This document shows, piece by piece, positions 11,633-21,100 of a DNA stretch of 32,667 bases. Positions within the stretch are counted from its first letter, which is position 1, and each line of letters opens with the position of its first letter. The notes below the pieces were generated by a model. It saw only the letters and a list, made by a program, of their open reading frames with translations, did no database searches and was not told where the DNA came from. The stretch is from Ylistrum balloti (Eukaryota). A program made the translations under genes and the position numbers. The DNA lies in NCBI RefSeq assembly GCF_031769215.1, contig NW_026782326.1:843432-876098 (forward strand), in the 5' to 3' direction.

Positions 11633-11737
11633 TTCTTTATTTCCTCTTTGCAAGATATTATAGTCAATCTATACAAAATAAATATTTTTACATTTTAAAT
11701 TACATAAAGATATTTCTCACGGGCAGGGAAAAGAGAA

Positions 11738-12832
11738 TTACATCAGTGCATCCATCTCGTTAACCATTCCTTTCAAATTAACTGCCATATTTACCATCAA
11801 AAGCTCCCATTCCGATTCATCTAATTGTACATTCGTTCGGGTTCCTAATAGAAAGTTACACTGATTTTCATCGTTTAGATTTAAAAGCAGGATATAAAAT
11901 TGCACCTCTATTGCATTCACCACACCGTCCATCAACACATCACGACTTTGAAACAATTTTGCACACTCTATCAAAAAGTGAAACACAATGTCAGAACTAG
12001 ACTTTCCACATAATTTACAAAGTACAATGTCTTGTTCAAACATAAATGAGTACTTCATTAACTCTACTAGGTTCCACATATATTTATGCGACTTTTGTTT
12101 TCTACTTAGCTCCAGTATAGGATTAATTCCTTGATAACAATGAATGGCAGCATATCTGGACAGTTCAGTTTTTGTAGACAGCTTTTCTCTCCATAGTATA
12201 TAATAGAAGTCACTAACGCACCTTTTCATAAAATGCCTCCAACATATTTTTGGCGGCAAAAACTCGTTGGTTAGAAAGTCCATAATAAAAGATTCTATAT
12301 TAAACTTTTCCATGATGCTACACACATCTGGAAAAAATCCTATTTGTACATCAGATAGCTCCCCAAACATGAATTGACATAATCGAATAACGAATAATGA
12401 CTTCCAAATAAAGCGTTTATTTCCCAAACATAGCTTATTCCAAAATAACAGTTTTTTAATTTCAACCTCACTCCATACATTAAAAGCGCCTAGACATTGC
12501 GTTGTTACATAAGTTGATGACGTTTTAGATAGTCCGATGCACCGTCTACAGGCATACCTATGCATTACCTCTAATCCTATAACAGATTTATTAGCATAAT
12601 TGTTCCAAAGTTCGCTTCCATATAGCATACAAGGGTAAACGATTGATTTGATAATGTTAAAACTTGTCACGGGATTGAGCCCATTTGAGTGGATGCCAAT
12701 ACCAATAAGGGAATTTAAACTTTTTCTTCCTTTATCACAAGACTCTGAGATGCTATTGTCGGATTGTAAATTACAAGTAAATGATACTCCAGCATAAGAT
12801 TTCTGAGTAGTTTGAGGAATAGCCTCCCCTCC
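11738..12832 (-). CDS. LINE ORF2 C-terminal domain segment with a CCHC zinc-knuckle-like motif (CKLCGKSSSDIVFHFLIEC)
   Basis: Pattern C-x2-C-x9-H-x4-C in the 310-aa track ORF. It is contiguous in frame with the RT segment except for a single TGA. Confidence 0.7.
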   Translation of the reverse strand, partial: GGEAIPQTTQKSYAGVSFTCNLQSDNSISESCDKGRKSLNSLIGIGIHSNGLNPVTSFNIIKSIVYPCMLYGSELWNNYANKSVIGLEVMHRYACRRCIGLSKTSSTYVTTQCLGAFNVWSEVEIKKLLFWNKLCLGNKRFIWKSLFVIRLCQFMFGELSDVQIGFFPDVCSIMEKFNIESFIMDFLTNEFLPPKICWRHFMKRCVSDFYYILWREKLSTKTELSRYAAIHCYQGINPILELSRKQKSHKYMWNLVELMKYSFMFEQDIVLCKLCGKSSSDIVFHFLIECAKLFQSRDVLMDGVVNAIEVQFYILLLNLNDENQCNFLLGTRTNVQLDESEWELLMVNMAVNLKGMVNEMDALM

Positions 12833-14425
12833 TCAATAACAGGATATCTTACTGTGATGTTCCGATTTAAATCGACGTGACAAATTAAAAATCATAAACG
12901 AACTTTTAACAGAGTTATATTTTAAACGCCACATTGCAGAATATGAATAAACAATGTCCAGCTCTTTCTGCAATAAAGAAAGCGTCGCTGCGAGAAGTAA
13001 CGTATCATCTGCTAATAATACACAAGGAATATGTACATGTTTAACCTTTAGCCCATAGCGTTGGTTATCTAATTTCACAGCAAGATCATTTATCATTACA
13101 AGAAAGCACCAGGCGGATAACACCCGACCTTGACCTACCCCTTGGTGTATTGGGTACGCATTGCTAAGTTTGCCATCAAAAAGCACCGATGACGTCACGT
13201 TCATAAACGAGTCAAACAAAAGTCTCCAGAACTTACCATTAAAACCCAGCTGATATAATTTATACATGAGACCGTTTATCCACACACTATTAAAGGCTTT
13301 TTGATTATCAAGAAAGGCAGCAAACACTTTTGATTTCCTTTCTAAATAGTATAAAATGGTATCCTTTACCGTGAACGCCGCCGTAATACTTCCACAGTGC
13401 TCCCTAAAACCTTGCTGAAGCTTATTTGAAAAATGTATAACTTCACATTGTTTTAATATTCTAGAGAATAACACTCTCTCCAGTAACTTCTGCAGTGTCG
13501 CTGTTAGAGTAATTTCTCTGTAACTATCCATCAGCGATCTGTCACGCTTACCACCTTTAAACAAAGTAATTACTATACCGAATTTAAAGTGATCAGGGTA
13601 TAATTCCCTTTCTATTATATCATTGAAACATACAACAATTGTGTTTAGTAAGTTACAACTGGCATATTTAATATGCTCAATGACTATCCCATCATGCCCT
13701 CCAGCTTTTCCGATATTCATATCTCTTACAGCAAGTTGTACTTCTAGAAGTGTAATAGGTTCTTCACATATACCATCATTATTTTTGAAACTCTCAGTAT
13801 ACATTCCACCAATAAGACCATCAACGTGCTCCTTGAATTTATCGTCGAAATGTGGTTCTTTGAGCGGACTTGACAACTTACGGAAATGATCATACCATGT
13901 TTCTCTCAAAATATCTGGATCACGAATGATTTGGCCATTAACCAGTAACTCATATGAGGAAGAGCGTTTATTTACGTTCCTCTTGGTACGTACGGCTTTG
14001 TAAAAGGTACCGATGTCAAGTTCTGCTATATTTTCTAATTTTTCGAATTGTTCCCTTTCATACTGTTCGCGAGCAAAAAGTAGTTCGTTACGGAATAACC
14101 TCTTCGCAGTTTTATTGTTTTTGTATGTCTCGTGAACATGACCACGTGGACGACCTTCATTGACCCATAAAGATCGAGTGTGTCTCATATTGACGTGAAG
14201 AGATTTTACGTTACCATGGTTCCAGTACGGTTTCAGATAATGTCTGTAACGCTTTGTAGGAAACGACGATCTCGCAGCTATATTCATTATACTAGCAATC
14301 TCAGATATATTAACAGGGACATGTATCTGTTCTGAAAGTATATCTAGCTGTTGTTTATATATATCTATATGTTCACCAGTGATTTTTTTTCCAATTAATA
14401 GTCGTATCAATCGACGGTGAATCAC
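12833..14425 (-). CDS. LINE ORF2 reverse transcriptase domain segment
   Basis: Motifs in the translation: QQGFREHCGS, FLDNQKAFNSV (motif A), HQGVGQGRVLSAWCF (motif B), LLADDTLLLA (motif C, ADD). Confidence 0.9.
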   Translation of the reverse strand: MIHRRLIRLLIGKKITGEHIDIYKQQLDILSEQIHVPVNISEIASIMNIAARSSFPTKRYRHYLKPYWNHGNVKSLHVNMRHTRSLWVNEGRPRGHVHETYKNNKTAKRLFRNELLFAREQYEREQFEKLENIAELDIGTFYKAVRTKRNVNKRSSSYELLVNGQIIRDPDILRETWYDHFRKLSSPLKEPHFDDKFKEHVDGLIGGMYTESFKNNDGICEEPITLLEVQLAVRDMNIGKAGGHDGIVIEHIKYASCNLLNTIVVCFNDIIERELYPDHFKFGIVITLFKGGKRDRSLMDSYREITLTATLQKLLERVLFSRILKQCEVIHFSNKLQQGFREHCGSITAAFTVKDTILYYLERKSKVFAAFLDNQKAFNSVWINGLMYKLYQLGFNGKFWRLLFDSFMNVTSSVLFDGKLSNAYPIHQGVGQGRVLSAWCFLVMINDLAVKLDNQRYGLKVKHVHIPCVLLADDTLLLAATLSLLQKELDIVYSYSAMWRLKYNSVKSSFMIFNLSRRFKSEHHSKISCY

Positions 14426-15155
14426 GTTTACAATAAATTGTGCGAAGTACCATTTTTATCGGTCGATGGTCAGATACATTAAGAAAGTTGTCATCACATA
14501 TATGACACGAATCTACCAGGTCGATTTTAGATTTCGTAATAAGAATATGGTCAATCATAGAAACGTGATTTCCATCACTGGATATGTAAGTATAACTTGG
14601 TCCACTCGACCAGCTTTGAGAGTTGACCGAAATTGAATAGTAATCTTGTATGAACTTCTCTATAAGACCTCTTTCATTAGCTTCTTTATGATTTTTTGCA
14701 CCGTATTTTTTCGACAAATGGGCATTAAAATCACCCATAACTATAACAGAACCCAATTCATTATACTTTTCATACAAATCAGTTACACATCGGACTGTGT
14801 CAAGAAACTCTTGCATAGGTAAGTTGGTAGACGGCATAAGAACGCCAATAATGTACATGTACGAACCTTTCGTGTCGACACAAATAGCTATAACTCTATC
14901 ATTTCCGTCTTGAATTAACGGAGTAACTTTAATACCTTTACGCCACATCATCGCCACCCCTCCAAAACCCCGGCGGCTCCTGTTTTCTGGCTCTATGGCT
15001 ATTCTAGAGTCGGATCTACCAAACGATATAAAATCTTTATCGATAGTAGAAAGAAAATCTAGCTGTTCCGGCATAAGCCAGTGTTCAGATATAAAACTAA
15101 TATCGACATTACATAGTGTTTTACAGAGGTATGGGGTGCCAAACATGACGTACAT
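14373..15155 (-). CDS. LINE ORF2 N-terminal apurinic/apyrimidinic endonuclease (EEP) domain segment
   Basis: Motifs in the translation: SEHWL (QETHL-like), GDFNAH, IDHIL, SDHRPI. Confidence 0.8.
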   Translation of the reverse strand: MYVMFGTPYLCKTLCNVDISFISEHWLMPEQLDFLSTIDKDFISFGRSDSRIAIEPENRSRRGFGGVAMMWRKGIKVTPLIQDGNDRVIAICVDTKGSYMYIIGVLMPSTNLPMQEFLDTVRCVTDLYEKYNELGSVIVMGDFNAHLSKKYGAKNHKEANERGLIEKFIQDYYSISVNSQSWSSGPSYTYISSDGNHVSMIDHILITKSKIDLVDSCHICDDNFLNVSDHRPIKMVLRTIYCKRDSPSIDTTINWKKNHW

Positions 15156-15175
15156 TCACGTTTTGCCGCATATGA

Positions 15176-18100
15176 CATTATGTCGTCTTGACGTCCCTTT
15201 TTGTCACTTTTTTCTGTCTTCTTTATGTCCCTTTCGTTTGTTTTTTCTGCCGTCTTGATGTCCCTTTTGTTCGGTTTTTTTTTGTCGTCTTGATGTCTCT
15301 TTTGTTCGTTTTTTTCTGTCGTCTCGATGTCCCGCGTGTTCGTTTCTCTCTCTAACTTTTATGTCAAGTTGGTTCGTTTTTTCGTGTCGTCCTGATGTCC
15401 CTTTTGTTCGCTTTTTTTCCGTCGTCTTGATGTCCCCTTTGTTCGCTTTTTCTGCCGTCTTGATGTTCCTTTTGTTCGGTTTTTTTTTCTGCCTTCTTGA
15501 TGTCCCTTTTGTTCGATTTTTTTCTGCCGTCTTGATGTCTCTTTTGTTCGCTTTATTTCATTTCTGAAGTCCCTTTTGTTCGTTTTCTTTTCTGTAATCT
15601 TGTTTTAAATCTTATTCGTTTTTTTCTGTCGTCTTGATGTTGCTTTTGTTCGGTTTTTTTTCTGTCGTGTTATGTTTCTTTTGTTCGCTTTATTTCATTT
15701 CTGATGTCCCTTTTGTTCGTTTTCTTTTCTGTCATCTTGTTTTAAATCTTATTCGTTTTTTTCTTCCGTCTTTATGTCCCGCTTGTTCATTTTTTTGCTT
15801 TTTTCTGTTGTCTTGATGTCCCGCTTGTTCGTTTTTTTCTGTCGTCTTGATGTCTCTTTTGTTCGCTTTTTTCTGCCGTCTTGATGTCTCTTTTGTTCGC
15901 TTTTTTCTGTCGTCTTGATGTTACTTTTGTTCAGGTTTTTTTTTTCTGTCGTCTTTATGTTACTTTTGTTCGCTTTATTTCTGCGTCTTGATGTCCCTTT
16001 TGTTCGCTTTTTTCCGTCGTCTTGATGTCCCCTTTGTTCGCTTTTTCTGCCGTCTTGATGTCTCTTTTGTTCGCTTTTTTCTGCCGTCTTGATGTTACTT
16101 TTGTTCGTTTTTTTCTGTCGTCTTGATGTCCCTTTTGTTCGTTTTCTTTAATGTCATCTTGTTTTAAATCTTATTCGTTTTTTTCTGTCGTCTTTATGTC
16201 CCGCTTGTTGATTCTTTTCTGTCGTCTTGATGTCCCGCTTGTTGCTTTTTTTCTGTCGTCTTGATGTCCCTTTTGTTCTTCTGTCGTCTTGATATCCCTT
16301 TTGTTCGCTTTTTTTCTGTCGTCTTGATGTCCCTTTTGTTCTGTTTTATTCTGTCGTCTTGATGTCCCTTTTGTTCGGTTTTTTTTCTGTCGTCTTAATG
16401 TCCCTTTTTTTCGCTTTTTTCTGTCGTCTTGATGTCCCGCCTGTTCCTTTTATCCTGTCGTCTTGATGTCCCTTTTGTTCCTTTTGTTCTTTTGTTCGTT
16501 TTTTTTCTGTCGTCTTGTTGTCATGTTTGTTCGCTTTTTTTCTGCCGTCTTGATGTCGCTTTTTTTTCTGTCGTCCTGAGGTCCCGCTTGTTCGTTTTTT
16601 TTTTCTGACGTCTTGATGTTACTTTTGTTCGTTTTTTTCTGTCGTCTTGATGTCCCGTTTGTTCTGTTTTATTCTGTCGTCTTGATGTCCCTTTTGTTCG
16701 CTTTTTTCTGTCGTCTTGATGTCCCTTTTGTTCGTTTTTTTTCTGTCTTCTTTATGTCCCTTTCGTTTGTTTTTTCTGCCGTCTTGATGTCCCTTTTGTT
16801 CGTTTTTTTTCTGTCGTCTCGATGTCCCGCATGTTCGTTTCTCTCTCTAACATTTATGTCAAGTTGGTTCGTTATTTCGTGTCGTCTTGAGGTCCCGCTT
16901 GTTCGTTTTTTATGCATCTTGATGTCCCGCTAGTTCGTTTTTTTCTGTCGTCTTGATATCCCTTTTGTTCGCTTTTTTTCTGTCGTCTTGATGTCCCTTT
17001 TGTTCGCTTTTTTTCTGTCGTCTTGATGTCCCTTTTGTTCGCTTTTTGTCTGTCGTCTTGATGTTACTTTTGTTCTGGTTTTTTTCTGCCGTCTTTATGT
17101 CCCGCTTGTTCATTTTTTTTCTGTCGTCTTGACGTCGTTTTTGTTCGTTTTTTTCTGTCGTCTTGATGTCCCGTTTGTTCGCTTTTTTCTGCCGTCTTGA
17201 TGTCCCGCTTGTTTTTTTTTTGTTTCTGTCTTGTTGTTTTTTGTCCGTCTTGATTCCCTTTTTTTTTCGTGTCGTCGTGAGGTCCCGCTTGTTCGTTTTT
17301 TTTGTCGTCTTGATGTCGATTTTGTTCGTTTTTTCTGTAGTCTTGATGTTACATTTGTTCGTTTTTTTTTCTGTCGTTTTTTTCTGTCGTCTTTATGTCC
17401 CGCTTGTTCATTTTTTTTCTGTCGTCTTTATGTCCCGCTTGTTGATTCTTTTCTGTCGTCTTGATGTCCCGCTTGTTGCTTTTTTTCTGTCGTCTTGATG
17501 TCCCTTTTGTTCGGTTTTATTCTGTCGTCTTGATATCCCTTTTGTTCGCTTTTTTTCTGTCGTCTTGATGTCCCTTTTGTTCGTTTTTTTTCTGTCGTCT
17601 TGAAGTCCCGCATGTTCGGCGTTTTTTTGTCGTCTTGATGTCTCTTTTGTTCGTTTTTTTTTTGTCGGCTCGATGTCCCGCTTGTTTTTTCTGTCGTCTT
17701 GATGTCCCTTTTGTTCGTTTTATTTTCTGTCGTCTTGATGTCCCTTTTGTTCGTTTTTTTCTGTCGTTCCTTTTGTTCGTTTTTTTTTCTGTCGTCTTGA
17801 TGTCATGTTTGTTCGTTTTTTTCTGTCGTCTTTTTGTCATGTTTGTTCGTTTTTCTTCTGTCGTCTTGATGTCCCTTTTGTTCGTTTTTTTTTCGTCTTG
17901 ATGTCGTTCTTGATGTCCTTTTGTTCGTTGGTTTTTTCTGTCGTCTTGATGTCCCTTTTGTTCGTTTTTTTTTTTTTTCTGTCGTCTTGATGTCCCTTTT
18001 GTTCTTTTTTTTTTCTGTCGTCTTTATGTCCCTATTTTTAATTTATTTTTTTCTGTCGTCTTGATGTCGTTTTTTTTCTGTCGTCTTGATGTCCTGCTTG

Positions 18101-21100
18101 TTCATTTGTTTTCTGTCGTCTTGATGTCCCGCTTGTTCATTTGTTTTCTGTCGTCTTGGTGTCCCTTTTGTTCGCTTTTTTCTGTCGTCTTGATTTCCCG
18201 CTTGTTCTATTTTTTCTGTTGTCTTGATGTCCCTTTTGTTCTGTTTGATTATGTTGTCTTGATGTTACTTTTGTTCGTTTTTTTTCTGTCGTCTTGATAT
18301 CCCTTTTGTTCGCTTTTTTCTGTCATTTTGATGTCCCTTTTGTTCGCTTTTTTTCTGTCGTCTTGATGTCCCTTTTGTTCGCTTTTTTCTGTCTTCTTGA
18401 TGTCCATTTCGTTTGTTTTTTTCTGTCGTCTTGATGTTACATTTGTTCGGTTTTTTTCTGTCGTCTTGATGTCCCGCTTGTTCGGTGTTTTTTTGTCGTC
18501 TTGATGTCTCTTTTGTTCGTTTTTTATCTTTCGTCTTGTTGTCCCTTTTGTTCGTTTTATTCTGTCGTCTTGATGTCCCGCTTGTTCATTTTTTTCTGTG
18601 TTCTTGTCGTCCCTTTTGTTCGCTTTTTTTCTGTCGTCTTGATGTCCCCATTGTTCGTTTTTTCTGTCGTCTTGTTGTCCATTTTGTTGTTCATTTTTTT
18701 CTTCGTCTTGATGTCCCTTTTGTTCGCTTTTTTTCCGTCGTCTTGATGTCCCCTTTGTTCGCTTTTTCTGCCGTCTTGATGTCCCTTTTGTTCGCTTTTT
18801 TTCCGTCGTCTTGATGTCCCCTTTGTTCGCTTTTTCTGCCGTCTTGATGTCGTTTTTGTTCGTTTTTTTCTGTAGTCTTGATGTTACATTTGTTCGGTTT
18901 TTTTTCTGTCGTCTTTATGTCCCGCTTGTTCATTTTTTTTCTGTCGTCTTGATGTCCCGCTTGTTGCTTTTTTTTCTGTCGTCTTGATTTCCCTTTTGTT
19001 CGTTTTATTCTGTCGTCTTGATGTCCCTTTTGTTCGTTTTATTTTCTGTCGTCTTGATGTCCCTTTTGTTCGTTTTATTTTCTGTCATCTTGCTTTCAAG
19101 CTGGTTCGTTTTTTTCTGTCGTCTTTATGTTACTTTTGTTCGCTTTTTTTCTGTCGTCTTGATGTCCCGCTTGTTCGTTTGTTTCTGTCGTCTTGTTGTC
19201 CATTTTATTCGCTTCTTTTCTGCCGTCTTTATGTCCCGCTTGTTCATTTTTTTCTGTCGTCTTTATGTCCCGCTTGTTCATTTTTTTTCTGTCGTCTTGA
19301 TGTCCCGCTTGTTCGTTTTTTTTTTGTCGTCTTGATGTCTCTTTTGTTCGTTTTTTTTCTGTCGTCTTGATGTCCCGCTTGTTCATTTGTTTTCTGTTGT
19401 CTTGATGTTACTTTTGTTCGGTTTTTTCTGTCGTCTTGATGTCCCGTTTGTTCGTTTTCCTTTTTGTCATCTTGCTTTGAATCTTGTTCGTTTTTTTCTT
19501 CCGTCTTTATGTCCCGCTTGTTCATTTTTTTGCTTTTTTTTTGTCGTCTTGATGTCCCGCTTGTTCATTTTTTTTCTGTCGTCTTGATGTCCCTTTTGTT
19601 CGTTTTTTTTCTGTCGTCTTGATGTCCCTTTTGTTCGTTTTTTTCTGTCGTCTTGATATCACTTTTGTTCGCTTTTTTTCTGCCGTCTTGATGTCCCGCT
19701 TGTTCGTTTTTTTCTGCCGTCATGATATCCCTTTTGTTCCTTTTCTTTTCTGTCGTCTTGATGTCCCTTTTGTTCGGTTTTTTTCTGTCGTCTTGAAGTC
19801 CCGCTTGTTCGGTGTTTTTTTTGTCGTCTTGATGTCCCTTTTGTTCGTTTTTTTTCTGTCGGCTCGATGTCCCGCTTGTTCGTTTCTCTCTCTCATTTTC
19901 ATGTCATGTTGCTTCGTTTTTTCGTGTCGTCTTGATGTCCCGCTTTTGTTAATTTTTTTTTTCTTGTCGCTTGTTCGTTTTTTTGTGTCCCTTTTGTTCG
20001 TTTTTTTTTCTGTCGTCTTGATGTCCCGTTTGTTCGCTTTTTTTTTTTTTCTTTTGTTCGTCTTGATGTCCCGCTTGTTTGGTTTTTTTTTCTGTCGTCT
20101 TGATGTTACTTTTGTTCGCTTTTTTCGGTCGTGTTGATGTCCCGCTTGTTCACTTTTTTCTGTCGTCTTGACGTCCCTTTTGTTCGCTTTTTTTCTGTCG
20201 TCTTGATGTCCCCTTTGTTGTCTTGATGTTGCTTTTGTTCGGTTTTTTTTCTGTCATCTTGTTTTATTCTGTCGTCTTGATCTACCTTTTGTTCGCTTTT
20301 TCTGCCGTCTTGATGTCCCTTTTGTTCGATTTTTTTCTGCCGTCTTGATGTCCCTTTTGTTCGCTTTTTTTCCCGTCGTCTTGATGTCCCGCTTGTTCGT
20401 TTTTTTTGTCGTCTTGATGTCTCTTTTGTTCGTTTTTTTTTTGTCGTCTTGATGTCCCTTTTGTTCGTTTTCTCTCTGTCGTTTTATGTCAAGTTTGTTT
20501 CGGTTTTTTTTTCGTTTGTGTCCTTTTGTCCCGCTTGTCCCGCTTTTTTTTTCTGTTGTCTTGATGTCCCGCTTGTTTGTTTTTTTTTTCTGTCGTCTTT
20601 GTGTCCCGCTTGTTCATTTTTTTTCTGTCGTCTTGATGTCCCGCTTGTTGCTTTTTTTTTCTGTCCTCTTGATTTCCCTTTTGTTCGTTTTTTTCTGTCG
20701 TCTTGATGTTGCTTTTGTTCGTTTTTTTTCTGTCGTCTTGATGTCCCGCTTGTTGCTTTTTTTTTTCTGTCGTCTTGATGTCCCTTTTGTTCGTTTTTTT
20801 CTGTCGTCTTGATGTCCCTTTTGTTCGCTTTTTTTTGTCGTCTTGATGTCCATTTTGTTCGCTTCTTTTCTGTCGTCTTTATGTACCGCTTGTTCATTTT
20901 TTTTCTGTCGTCTTGATGTCCCGCTTGTTCAATTTTTTTTGTCGTCTTGATGTCCCGCTAGTTCGTTTTTTTCTGCCGTCTTGATATCCCTTTTGTTCGG
21001 TTTTTTTCTGTCGTCTTGAAGTCCCGCTTGTTCGGTGTTTTTTTGTCGTCTTGATGTCTCTTTTGTTCGTTTTTTTTCTAGTCTTGATGTCTCTTTTGTT

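Larger units (their letters stand above)
11738..15155 (-). pseudogene. LINE ORF2 (APE-RT-CTD). It is disrupted by one frameshift in the 14373-14425 overlap, which contains an A8/T8 run at 14383-14390, and by one in-frame TGA at 12833-12835. It is otherwise continuous
   Basis: I translated the minus strand of 12671-12832 by hand. It gives ...SCY*GGEAIPQTTQKSYAGVSFTCNLQSDNSISESCDKGRKSLNSLIGIGIHSNGLNPVTSFNIIKS with no further stop and in the same frame as the RT ORF. The APE and RT frames differ by 1 nt. Confidence 0.8.
11633..15175 (-). mobile_element. Non-LTR retrotransposon (LINE) of the APE-type ORF2 class (CR1/L2/Jockey-like by tail type). It is 5'-truncated, with no ORF1 in the window; a ~105-bp 3' UTR (11633-11737) precedes the (TGTC)n tail
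   Basis: Three consecutive minus-strand ORFs encode endonuclease, RT and CCHC C-terminal domains in the canonical order. A TGA lies directly upstream of the ORF2 ATG (15153-15155). Satellite sequence starts ~20 bp further upstream. Confidence 0.9.

Noticed and set aside
13623-14163. Two short plus-strand ORFs (88 and 69 aa) inside the LINE
   Set aside because: They are antisense to the well-supported RT reading frame, have no motifs, and are of typical chance-ORF length.
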